Origin: Calditrichia bacterium
GTDB taxonomy: Bacteria > Calditrichota > Calditrichia > RBG-13-44-9
Assembly: GCA_037381445.1 (NCBI GenBank)
Contig: JARRQT010000013.1
Coordinates: forward strand, 1-23,596
Direction of reading: 5' to 3'
Length of the DNA: 23,596 nt
Below, piece by piece: positions 8,992 to 17,763 of the stretch. Every line of letters starts with the position of its first letter. Positions within the stretch are counted from its first letter, which is position 1. The position numbers and the translations under genes were made by a program. Under the pieces are notes generated by a model that saw only the letters and a program-made list of their open reading frames with translations, searched no databases and was not told the origin of the DNA.

Positions 8992-10044
8992 ATGGATCGC
9001 AGAAAATTTTTGAAGAAGTCTCTTCTGGCAGGCACGGGCATGACAATTGTCCCGTCCTTTTTCAGAAATTTGAAAGGGCAGACTGTCAAATCGCCGGGAA
9101 AGCCTGACCACCCCGTTGTAATATCAAGTTCCAATGGCGAGCGGGCCACCGCCCGGGCCGTGGAATTGCTCCAAAACGGCGCCGATCCCCTGGACGCTGT
9201 GATTTCGGGCGTGAATATTATAGAGGATGATCCGGAAGACATTACGGTTGGTTACGGAGGACTGCCCAATGAGGAAGGCGTTGTGCAGCTGGATGCTTCG
9301 GTCATGCACGGTCCCACCCATAACGCAGGCGCCGTTGGCGCGCTGGAGGGAATTAAGAATCCTTCCAAGGTGGCCAAACTGGTGATGGAACGCACGGACC
9401 ACGTTCTTTTGGTCGGGGCGGGAGCCCAGAAATTTGCCCGCGCCCATGGATTCAAGGTAGAAGACTTGCTCACCGACAAGGCCAGGGAGATTTGGTTGTA
9501 TTGGAAGGAAACGCTGAATGACAAGGATGACTGGTTCCCGCCGCCCCCCGATAAAGTAAATGCCGAACTCAGAAAATATTTTGATGTGCATGGGACGATC
9601 AATTGTTGCGCAGTGGATGCCAACGGGAATCTGGGCGGTGTGACCACCACCAGCGGCCTGGCATTTAAGATCCCGGGAAGGGTGGGAGATTCACCCATTA
9701 TCGGTGCCGGGCTTTATGTTGACAATGAGGTTGGTGCGGCTGGCTCCACCGGACGGGGCGAGGCCAATATGAAAAATCTGTGCAGTTTCATGGTAGTGGA
9801 ATTCATGCGGCAGGGGAAATCGCCCACCGATGCCTGCCTGGCCGCCTGCGAGCGGATTGCCAGCCATACCAAATTGCCTTATCTGCTGGACAAAAAGAAC
9901 AGACCGAATTTTAATGTCAATTTCTATGCGGTGAACAAGAACGGTGAATTCGGCGGCGCTTCCATTTACGGGAAGCGGACCATGTGGGTCTCCGATGCAA
10001 AAGGAAACCGGGAAGTTGAAATGGCATATCTCTTTGACAAATAG
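8992..10044 (+). CDS. Ntn-hydrolase of the glycosylasparaginase / isoaspartyl peptidase (Asparaginase_2) family with a Tat signal
   Basis: Twin-arginine leader MDRRKFLK; motifs VGYGGLP, LDASVM, VMERTDHVLLVG, TTTSGL, GRVGDSPIIGAG and GSTGRGE. The putative nucleophile is Thr202 in HG-TINC. Confidence 0.9.
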   Translation: MDRRKFLKKSLLAGTGMTIVPSFFRNLKGQTVKSPGKPDHPVVISSSNGERATARAVELLQNGADPLDAVISGVNIIEDDPEDITVGYGGLPNEEGVVQLDASVMHGPTHNAGAVGALEGIKNPSKVAKLVMERTDHVLLVGAGAQKFARAHGFKVEDLLTDKAREIWLYWKETLNDKDDWFPPPPDKVNAELRKYFDVHGTINCCAVDANGNLGGVTTTSGLAFKIPGRVGDSPIIGAGLYVDNEVGAAGSTGRGEANMKNLCSFMVVEFMRQGKSPTDACLAACERIASHTKLPYLLDKKNRPNFNVNFYAVNKNGEFGGASIYGKRTMWVSDAKGNREVEMAYLFDK

Positions 10045-10075
10045 AAAAGGGGCGCTTTTTTCTGCGCCCCTTTTT
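10045..10075. terminator. Bidirectional rho-independent terminator
   Basis: AAAAGGGGCGC-ttttttct-GCGCCCCTTTTT between convergent genes, with an A-tract and a T-tract on either side of the stem. Confidence 0.85.
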
Positions 10076-10099
10076 GCACTAATGCTCTAAATTCAATTA

Positions 10100-12244
10100 T
10101 CAATTATTTTCCGGCAGATCGAGCCCATAATCGTTGCTGATGTCCAGAGGCGGCAGAGGCCCGTTGAGCGGTTTGGCATCCTTCACATACCAGTCAAACC
10201 ACTGCAGGGTCCGGTATAAAACGTCGATCCGGCCCGGCTGCATGCGGTTGCCGTGTCCCTCGCCCGGATACCGTACCAGCCGCACGGCCTTTTTGCCATT
10301 CATTTTCAGGCGTGTGTAAAGCTCCAGGCTTTGCGAAGGACTTACCCGGGTATCCGACGCGCCGCCCATTATCAGGGTGGCTGTTTCGCTCTGGTGCGCG
10401 TAATAGATCGGGCTTCGTTTCAGACTAATATCCCACATCTCTTCCAGTTTCTTGCCGGAATGCACATAGAGCTCTTCCCAGGGGATGTCCGTGGTGCCGC
10501 GCTTGCTGATCAGGTCGCTGATCCCGACAAACATGCAGACCGCCCTGACGTATTTTGTGTAATAGGTGGCAAACCAGGCCGCCGCGTACCCGCCGTAGGA
10601 ACCCCCGCCAAGCCCTACTCTTTCTTTATCGGCAATACCCTGTGCAACCAGGTAATCGAGGCCGTCCGCGACGTCGTCAAATTCGGTGCCTGCGGCATTT
10701 CCCAGATGTTTCTGCATGGCGAAATCGACCCCGTATCCGGTGCTGGCCCGATAGTTCGGATAGAATACCGCATATTCCTTTCCCGCCAAAACCTGGCCGG
10801 GGGTGGAATAGCGGGTGAGCCATCCATTGGAATAATGGGATTCCGGTCCCCCGTGCACATACATGATCAGCGGATATTTTTGACCTTGCTGATAATCGAC
10901 CGGATAGATGAGCATGCCTTCAATCTCAACGCCGTCCCGGGCTTTATATTGAATGACTTCCTGTTTCCCGAGCGATTTTTCGGCGAGGGAGGGATTCACT
11001 GAGGTCAGCCGTTTGACTTCCTTGCCTCCATTCCAGTAAAACAGATCGTCGGGGAATTTCGGAGAATTTCCCACAAAGGCAAAATTTCTGAAATTTTTAG
11101 TGTAGCTGGGCGCCTCAAAAATTATTCCGTCATCTTTTGAATTTAAAATAATGCTGCGATCTCCGCCTGTTATCTTGACCGTGCTCAGTGTCGGCCAGAC
11201 GCCTTCGCCGGCCCGGTACAAAATGGTGCTGTTGTCTTTCCAGCCAACCCATTCCACATGGCCGCGAAAATCCGGAATAGTAAGGTTCCTGGGCTCTCCG
11301 CCCCCGGCCGGCATCACATAAACCTGACTGACGGCATGATCGCTCTGCGATCCGGCCGCCGTATATGCCAGGTGCTTGCCGTCGGGACTGAAAGCAAAAT
11401 TGCCCAGTTTACCGGGATTGTTCGTCAGCAGCGAGAGTTCGCCGGTTTCCAGGTTCAGCAGCCGGATTTTCTGGAACATGTAGCGGTAGTCGATGAGATT
11501 CTTTTCAGAGCTGCCGGCGGCGATATATTTTCCGTCCGGGGAAAAAACGAATGACCAGATGGTGATATCCTGGGTGACTTGACGGGGTTCGCCGTTCCCG
11601 CCGTCGCTACTTACATCCATCAAATAGAGATTGCGGTGTTCCCATTCCTCATCGTAAAAAATAAAATCAAACCCCTTTTCCGCCAGCTCCTTTTCACGCA
11701 TTGTCCGGGGATTGGTCGCAATATAGGCAATCTGTTTGCCGGACGGGCTCCAGTGAAAATCGAGGACGCCGGTTGGGGAGGCAGTGAGGGCCCTGGCCTC
11801 GCCGCCATTAAAGGGAATGAGCCAGACCTGCGTCTTCGACTGCCCGTTCATTCTGCTTCGGAAAGCAATGACGGATCCGTCCGGGCGCCACTCGATTGAG
11901 TAGACAGCAACTTTGCCGGTAATAAAAGGGCGGATTTCTCCTGTTTTTACGGAGACGACATAAAGCTCACTGTAGGCGCTGCCCGGCTCATCCTGGGCCT
12001 CGCGGGGAACCCGTACCGTATAGGCGATCCAGTTGCCATCGGGACTAATCTCCGCGCTGGTAACGTATTTCATGTGAAGGAGATCGCTGGCCGTGAAGGC
12101 ATTGGGCGTATCCGCCTGACTCGCAGTAAGCAGAAGCGGAAGCGCCAGAAACGCCAGGAGCAGCATTTTCGAATGTAGCCGCCATAAATATCTGGTTAGG
12201 CAATCCTGAGTTTGCCTGGGATTAAGTGGAAACAATCTCATCAA
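10100..12244 (-). CDS. Exported S9 family serine peptidase (dipeptidyl/acylaminoacyl peptidase-like)
   Basis: Hydrophobic leader LLLAFLALPLLLTASQA, PD40-like propeller repeats (ISPDG, WRPDG, FSPDG), VHGGPE, nucleophile elbow GGSYGG, Asp in SDTRV and His in GEGHG. RBS GGAGG at 12250-12254 fits a start at 12244 (TTG) or 12241 (ATG). Confidence 0.92.
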   Translation of the reverse strand: MMRLFPLNPRQTQDCLTRYLWRLHSKMLLLAFLALPLLLTASQADTPNAFTASDLLHMKYVTSAEISPDGNWIAYTVRVPREAQDEPGSAYSELYVVSVKTGEIRPFITGKVAVYSIEWRPDGSVIAFRSRMNGQSKTQVWLIPFNGGEARALTASPTGVLDFHWSPSGKQIAYIATNPRTMREKELAEKGFDFIFYDEEWEHRNLYLMDVSSDGGNGEPRQVTQDITIWSFVFSPDGKYIAAGSSEKNLIDYRYMFQKIRLLNLETGELSLLTNNPGKLGNFAFSPDGKHLAYTAAGSQSDHAVSQVYVMPAGGGEPRNLTIPDFRGHVEWVGWKDNSTILYRAGEGVWPTLSTVKITGGDRSIILNSKDDGIIFEAPSYTKNFRNFAFVGNSPKFPDDLFYWNGGKEVKRLTSVNPSLAEKSLGKQEVIQYKARDGVEIEGMLIYPVDYQQGQKYPLIMYVHGGPESHYSNGWLTRYSTPGQVLAGKEYAVFYPNYRASTGYGVDFAMQKHLGNAAGTEFDDVADGLDYLVAQGIADKERVGLGGGSYGGYAAAWFATYYTKYVRAVCMFVGISDLISKRGTTDIPWEELYVHSGKKLEEMWDISLKRSPIYYAHQSETATLIMGGASDTRVSPSQSLELYTRLKMNGKKAVRLVRYPGEGHGNRMQPGRIDVLYRTLQWFDWYVKDAKPLNGPLPPLDISNDYGLDLPENN

Positions 12245-12521
12245 AAAGTCCTCCGGTTAGGTGAATCCAGGTGCGAATTATGAATTGGTAATGAACTTGC
12301 CGCTCTTGCTGTTGACTTCGGGATTCTTATTCCATCTGAAATTATAAAATATTTTTCCGCGAAAATCTAACACAGAAATATTTTAAGGAAATTCTAATGT
12401 TGATTTATGATTTTTTTCGAATATTCGTGTTTTTGAAGCCGATTATTTTTGGAAGTCGGGCGGGTTGATTAAAAAAATTATTTCAGAAATTTAGTTCAGT
12501 GTCGATGATAAGATCATTAGA

Positions 12522-15500
12522 ATGTTTATTCGGGAAGACAGAAAGGAAAAAAAGGAATTAATGTCAGGAAGAATGCCTCAATTTGAAATGATATATCCCT
12601 GCGTCAGGCGCTTTTCGTCGGTTCAGTATTCCATGCTGCAAAAAGGTTTGATGATTACCTTTTTGAGAGCAGCCGCATTTTTGCTTGTGCTCTTTCCGAT
12701 ATTTGTCTATTCACAATCCCATCAGCAAATATCTTTTGAACACATTTCCCTGAATGAAGGGCTCAGCCAGAGTTCGGTTCTCTCCGTTATTCAGGATTCG
12801 CACGGCTTCATGTGGTTTGCCACCCAGGAAGGACTGAACAAATTTGACGGATATACTTTCACCATATATAAACACCAACTCAATGATCCCTATTCGCTGT
12901 CCGATGACTGGATAAATGTCATTTTTGAAGACAGGGAAGGCAATTTGTGGGTTGGAACAGCGGGCGGCGGCCTTAACAAGTATGAGTGGGAAAAAGACCG
13001 TTTTATTCAATACCAGCATGTGGAGAATGATCCGCATAGTCTGAGCAACAACTCCATTGTCGCTATTTTTGAAGACAGCAGAGGAAATCTCTGGATCGGG
13101 ACCAACGGGGGCGGGTTGGATCAATTTGTGAAAGATTCGGGACAGTTCATCGCCTATAAATTTGATCCGGAAAATCCCGCCAGTTTGAGCAGCAACCAGG
13201 TATCCTCCATTTGCGAAGATATGAACGGCAATCTCTGGATTGGTACCGCGGATAACGGCTTGAATAAATTTAATCCTGAAACAGGTGTTTTCACTCGGAT
13301 TCAGCATGCCCCGCAGAACCGCAGTTCGCTGGCTGATAACCGCATATTGAGCCTTTATGCCGGAGATGACGGATATTTGTGGGTGGGCACCAACGGCAGC
13401 GGGGCGGATAAACTCTTTGTCGGAGGGGAAGAGGAGAATCAACATGAAAGCAACAATTTCAAACACTACCGTTGGAATATAGATGATTCCAGCAGCTTAA
13501 GCGATGACCGGATCTACAAAATTTACCGGGATCCTGCTGGCACCCTCTGGTTCGGAACGGACAGGGGATTGAATAAATATTTACCCGCCGAGGACGGATT
13601 TATTGCCTATGTATACGATCCCACCAATTCCTCCAGTTTGAGCAACGATTTCGTGCGAGACATTTATGAGGATAATTCGGGCATTCTTTGGGTGGCAACC
13701 TTTGGTGGAGCCCTGAATAAATTTGACAAGAAGAGGGCCGCGTTTATCAATTTTGTAAAGAATCCCGCCAACGCTGGCGGGCTGAGCGACAATAATATCT
13801 GGTGTATCACGAAGGACATCCGGGGGAATATCTGGGTCGGCACAAACAACGGATTGAACCGGATCAACCTGAGGGAAGCGAAAAGAGGCAATATACTAAA
13901 AGCAAAAGTCACACAGTTCTTCCATCAGCCTGAAAATGAACAGAGCAGCCTGAGCCATAATGTGATCCGAGCAATTTTGCAGGACCATTCCGGAAATATA
14001 TGGATTGGCACCGACGGCGGCGGAGTCGATGTCATCTCCGTCAACCAGATTGCCAGGGACAACATAAAATTTATCCATTACCAGAATGATCCCGAAGACT
14101 CAACCAGCCTGTGCGATGACCGCATCCGCCATATTTTCGAAGATGAAAACAATATGATCTGGATCTGTACCTGGGACGGATTGAATATGTTCGACCGTTC
14201 AACCGGGCGGTTTTCCCGTTTCCAGCACCACCCCGAGGATCCGGCCAGTATAAGTGATAACCGGGTGCGGACAATTTTCGAAGATCATTTCGGCGCTTTA
14301 TGGGTGGGAACCTACGGCGGCTTGAATTTATTTGAAAGGAAAACAGGTCGGTTTATCAGTTTTAAAAATGATCCCGGATTTCCATTCAGCATCAGCAATG
14401 ACCGGGTACTCTGTGTTCAAGAAGACAAAGCCGGACGGTTATGGATCGGCACCTATGGTGGCGGACTTAATCAGTTTAACAGGGATGAAATGACCTTTAC
14501 CCGCTATACAGTGGAAGACGGCCTGCCCAATAATGCGGTCTATGGAATTCTGGAAGACGGCAAGGGGAACCTGTGGCTAAGTACCAACAAGGGGATCTCA
14601 AAATTCAATCCCGATACAGGCACCTTCAAGAATTATGATGAAAACGACGGTTTGCAGAGTAATGAATTTAATGGGGGTGCTTATTATAAAAGTAAATCCG
14701 GAATGATGTTTTTTGGCGGAATTAACGGTTTCACCATGTTTTATCCGGACGAAGTTAAAGAAAATCAGCATATCCCCGCCATTGTCTTAACAGATTTCAA
14801 AATGTATGGCAAGTCCGCCAATTTCAACCGGGCGGTTTCGGAGATCAAACAAATTGATCTTTCCTATAAGGAAGATTTTTTCTCCTTTGAGTTTGCGGCC
14901 CTCGATTTTACCAATCCGGAAAAAAATCAATACGCCTATAAACTGGAAGGATTTGATAAAGACTGGATCTATTCAGGGAATCGCCATTATGCCAGCTATA
15001 CAAACCTGGACGGCGGAGATTATACTTTCCGGGTGAAAGGAACCAACAACGATGGCAAATGGAATGAGAAAGGCATCGCCATAAAGCTGCTGATTGAACC
15101 GCCCTTCTGGCAGACCTGGTGGTTCAGAATTCTGTTTGTGTTATTCTTTATTTTACTGGGCTATCTCATTTACCGGATACGGGTGCGCAGTATTCATGCC
15201 CAGAAAAGAAAACTGGAGGTAGAGGTAACGGAAAGGACGCGGGAGCTGAACCAGCGGAATGTTGAATTGGTGCGGGCCAAGAAAGAGACGGATGATATTC
15301 TCAATAATGTGGAAGAAGGGTTGTTTCTGTTGAATTCCGATTATGAAATCGGGGAGCAGTACTCCGCCGCGCTGGAAGAAGTCTTCCGGCAGACCAGCCT
15401 GGATCTGCAGAACATCATTAAGCTGCTGGAAGAAAAGGTCCCGGAAAATATCGTCCGAAATACCCGGGAATATCTTGAATTGATGTTCCGCGACGATGTG

Positions 15501-16727
15501 GATGAACAGGCACTTGTTGATCTGAATCCGCTTACCGAAACCGAATTTCAGTTCACGGATGAAAAAGGAGATTGGCTCAATTCCAAATATCTGACCTTCC
15601 ATTTCAGAAGAATCACAGAGCAGGACCGGATTGTGAATCTTATTGTCACGGTTGAAGATACCACCGAGCAGGTGCTGCTTTCCAAAAAACTGAAGCAGAC
15701 CGAGGAGAACACCAAGAAGCAGATGGAGTGGTTGGTTAACATCCTGCACATCGAACCCCCGCTGCTCAATGAATTCATTGAGGGTGTGCAGGAAGAACTG
15801 GATTATATCGATGGCATCCTCCGACGCCCCGAAGGCAATTATCATGAACTGCTGGAAGAAATGTATCGCTCCATGCACATTATAAAGGGAAATGCCGCCT
15901 TGCTGGATTTGAAGTTTTTTGCCAATAAAGCCCATGATTTTGAGGAGAAAATTATTGAAATCCGGCAAAACCGGGAAATCACCGGCATCGATTTTGTGCC
16001 GCTGGTGCTGCAGTTTGGAAATATCCGCAGCAGTCTGAATGAGATTAAAAAGTTCATTGAAAGGATCACCCAATTCCATGAGCATTTCCGGCCCAAGCGC
16101 AGTTACGAAAGCGAGCTGCTCATCAAATCGCTGAAAAATCTCATCGATAATCTGTCACAGGATCTGGGCAAGGAAGTAAATTTTGTCTTCAACGATTTTG
16201 AAGCGATATCCATCCCCTACCGTTATCGCCTGCTGATAAAGGAGACGTTGATCCAACTGGTGAGGAATTCGATGTACCATGGGATCGAGAGCCGGGATGA
16301 GCGGTTGAGGTCAGCTAAAAATCCAAAGGGGACCGTTTCCGTGATCTCCCAAATAGTCGATGATAATTTTGTTATCAGGTTCAGGGATGATGGCCGGGGG
16401 ATTCAACAAAATGAACTGAGAAAAAGAGCGATGGAATTAGGGATCGCCTCAGAGGCAGAAGTTAATGGCTGGGATGAGGATAAACTGACTGAACTGATTT
16501 TCATGCACGGCGTCAGCACCGCGCATAAAAGCAGTCTGGCAGCTGGCCGGGGAGTGGGGATGGATGCGATTCGGAAAAAATTGGGGAAATTCAGCGGCAG
16601 TATTACCGTCGAGTCGGAAGCCGGAAAATTTTGCGAATTCACCATTACACTGCCCATGAATGGAAAAAAAGAGGCAGAAGCTGCTGAGCCGGCTGAGCTG
16701 GAGGTCAGCGAGGAAATGGGGAATTAA
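12522..16727 (+). CDS. Membrane sensor kinase: Reg_prop beta-propellers, Y_Y_Y, TM, PAS-like, Hpt and CheA-type HATPase, with no CheW domain (class III histidine kinase-like)
   Basis: Signal peptide (true start probably 12633 or 12651); repeated D-x-x-G-x-LW-x-GT-x-x-GL blades; Y_Y_Y (YAYKLEGFDKDW...YTNLDGGDYTFRVKG); PPFWQTWWF followed by a TM helix; ILNNVEEGLFLL (PAS-like); Hpt YRSMHIIKGNA (His1119 of the ORF, CAC at 15876); N-box QLVRNSMYHGIE, G1 DDGRGI, F-box IFMHGVSTA and G2 GRGVGMD. The protein ends shortly after FTITLP. Confidence 0.88.
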   Translation: MFIREDRKEKKELMSGRMPQFEMIYPCVRRFSSVQYSMLQKGLMITFLRAAAFLLVLFPIFVYSQSHQQISFEHISLNEGLSQSSVLSVIQDSHGFMWFATQEGLNKFDGYTFTIYKHQLNDPYSLSDDWINVIFEDREGNLWVGTAGGGLNKYEWEKDRFIQYQHVENDPHSLSNNSIVAIFEDSRGNLWIGTNGGGLDQFVKDSGQFIAYKFDPENPASLSSNQVSSICEDMNGNLWIGTADNGLNKFNPETGVFTRIQHAPQNRSSLADNRILSLYAGDDGYLWVGTNGSGADKLFVGGEEENQHESNNFKHYRWNIDDSSSLSDDRIYKIYRDPAGTLWFGTDRGLNKYLPAEDGFIAYVYDPTNSSSLSNDFVRDIYEDNSGILWVATFGGALNKFDKKRAAFINFVKNPANAGGLSDNNIWCITKDIRGNIWVGTNNGLNRINLREAKRGNILKAKVTQFFHQPENEQSSLSHNVIRAILQDHSGNIWIGTDGGGVDVISVNQIARDNIKFIHYQNDPEDSTSLCDDRIRHIFEDENNMIWICTWDGLNMFDRSTGRFSRFQHHPEDPASISDNRVRTIFEDHFGALWVGTYGGLNLFERKTGRFISFKNDPGFPFSISNDRVLCVQEDKAGRLWIGTYGGGLNQFNRDEMTFTRYTVEDGLPNNAVYGILEDGKGNLWLSTNKGISKFNPDTGTFKNYDENDGLQSNEFNGGAYYKSKSGMMFFGGINGFTMFYPDEVKENQHIPAIVLTDFKMYGKSANFNRAVSEIKQIDLSYKEDFFSFEFAALDFTNPEKNQYAYKLEGFDKDWIYSGNRHYASYTNLDGGDYTFRVKGTNNDGKWNEKGIAIKLLIEPPFWQTWWFRILFVLFFILLGYLIYRIRVRSIHAQKRKLEVEVTERTRELNQRNVELVRAKKETDDILNNVEEGLFLLNSDYEIGEQYSAALEEVFRQTSLDLQNIIKLLEEKVPENIVRNTREYLELMFRDDVDEQALVDLNPLTETEFQFTDEKGDWLNSKYLTFHFRRITEQDRIVNLIVTVEDTTEQVLLSKKLKQTEENTKKQMEWLVNILHIEPPLLNEFIEGVQEELDYIDGILRRPEGNYHELLEEMYRSMHIIKGNAALLDLKFFANKAHDFEEKIIEIRQNREITGIDFVPLVLQFGNIRSSLNEIKKFIERITQFHEHFRPKRSYESELLIKSLKNLIDNLSQDLGKEVNFVFNDFEAISIPYRYRLLIKETLIQLVRNSMYHGIESRDERLRSAKNPKGTVSVISQIVDDNFVIRFRDDGRGIQQNELRKRAMELGIASEAEVNGWDEDKLTELIFMHGVSTAHKSSLAAGRGVGMDAIRKKLGKFSGSITVESEAGKFCEFTITLPMNGKKEAEAAEPAELEVSEEMGN

Positions 16728-16815
16728 AACAACACCGTTTTCTTTCGAACCTCATCAAGCCGGAGTTTCAACCGATAATGAGTGAAGGATAAACAGAATA
16801 TATTAATATGGAGAG

Positions 16816-17196
16816 TTGGACATGGAATCAAAAGTGAAAGTTTTAATCGTTGACGATTCCCTCATCATCAGGCAGGCGATCGAAAAGAACCTGAATGGTT
16901 TTCCTATTGAGATTGTCGGGACGGCAGGGGATGGAAAGAATGCGCTTGAATTATTCACCCAGCACCAGCCGGATGTTGTTACACTGGACATTACCATGCC
17001 GGAAATGGATGGAATCGCTGTACTGGAGCAGATGATGGGACAAAATCCCGCAGTGAAAGTGATGGTGATTACCGCGCTCAAGGATAAGGCAACCGGCCTG
17101 AAAGCCATTCAACTGGGTGCAAAAAGTTATATTACTAAACCGTTTACCCCGGAAAAACTGAAAACTGCATTCGGCAGAATGCTGGAAAAGAATTAA
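16816..17196 (+). CDS. Single-domain CheY-like response regulator
   Basis: VLIVDDS, the phosphoacceptor in VTLDITMPEMDG, VITAL and YITKPF. No output domain. ATG at 16822 is an alternative start. Confidence 0.93.
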   Translation: MDMESKVKVLIVDDSLIIRQAIEKNLNGFPIEIVGTAGDGKNALELFTQHQPDVVTLDITMPEMDGIAVLEQMMGQNPAVKVMVITALKDKATGLKAIQLGAKSYITKPFTPEKLKTAFGRMLEKN

Positions 17197-17219
17197 TAAT
17201 TGATATAGGAGTTATCTTT

Positions 17220-17666
17220 ATGAATGAGACTGATCTGCATTTTTTTATCGATAGCACAATAAATTATTTTGAAGAGGTTACCGGGGAAAAAGCGTTGACA
17301 GGCATTCCATATATTAAGGGAAAAGAGCCTGTCATCCTGGAGTATTCGGGAATTATTGGAATTTCGGGCAAGAGAAAGGGTTGCGTGTATTTCACGACAA
17401 CGCAGGCAATGCTGGAGTCGCTGGCCCACGAGATACTGGGAATTACCGATGCCGCCACCGAGACTGTCAAGGATCTGGCCGGTGAGCTGGCCAATACCAT
17501 CTCGGGTAATGTGCGGGAGGCTTATGGCAGCAGCTTTATGATTTCGGTGCCGGTAGTTGTCGAAGGAAAAGCAAAAGATATCCGGCTTCCCGAAAACGTA
17601 CAGTCTTTTGTCATTCCCATTACCTGGAAGGATTTTAAATCGTTTCTGGTGGTATGTCTGGAGTAA
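17220..17666 (+). CDS. cheX: CheX-family CheY-P phosphatase
   Basis: YSGIIGISG-x-x-KG, the catalytic E-x-x-N motif in DLAGELANTISGN, and ISVPVVVEG; 148 aa; RBS AGGAG. Confidence 0.88.
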   Translation: MNETDLHFFIDSTINYFEEVTGEKALTGIPYIKGKEPVILEYSGIIGISGKRKGCVYFTTTQAMLESLAHEILGITDAATETVKDLAGELANTISGNVREAYGSSFMISVPVVVEGKAKDIRLPENVQSFVIPITWKDFKSFLVVCLE

Positions 17667-17763
17667 CAGGCATTGATTTTCTCGGAGCGGGCTGCCGGAA
17701 TGGGACCGGCAGGTAACAGGAGCATACGGCAGATAAAAACTTGTATATTCAGGTTTGGTTTGA

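Noticed and set aside
10100..12244. S9 peptidase as the maturation enzyme, or the propeller kinase as the receptor, for the Pro-rich repeat peptide
   Set aside because: They are about 6.5-11 kb away and separated by unrelated metabolic genes. Nothing in the sequence links them, and the real partners more likely lie downstream of the window.
464..16085. Long antisense ORFs (for example 464-1054, 4689-5315, 10253-11002, 12711-13466, 15153-16085)
   Set aside because: They lie wholly opposite well-supported genes, lack recognisable motifs, and are the expected shadows of codon bias.
12522..16727. Canonical cheA or a standard hybrid two-component system
   Set aside because: It has no C-terminal CheW domain and its Hpt is internal, after a TM sensor. 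It also has no HisKA H-box, REC or AraC domain.
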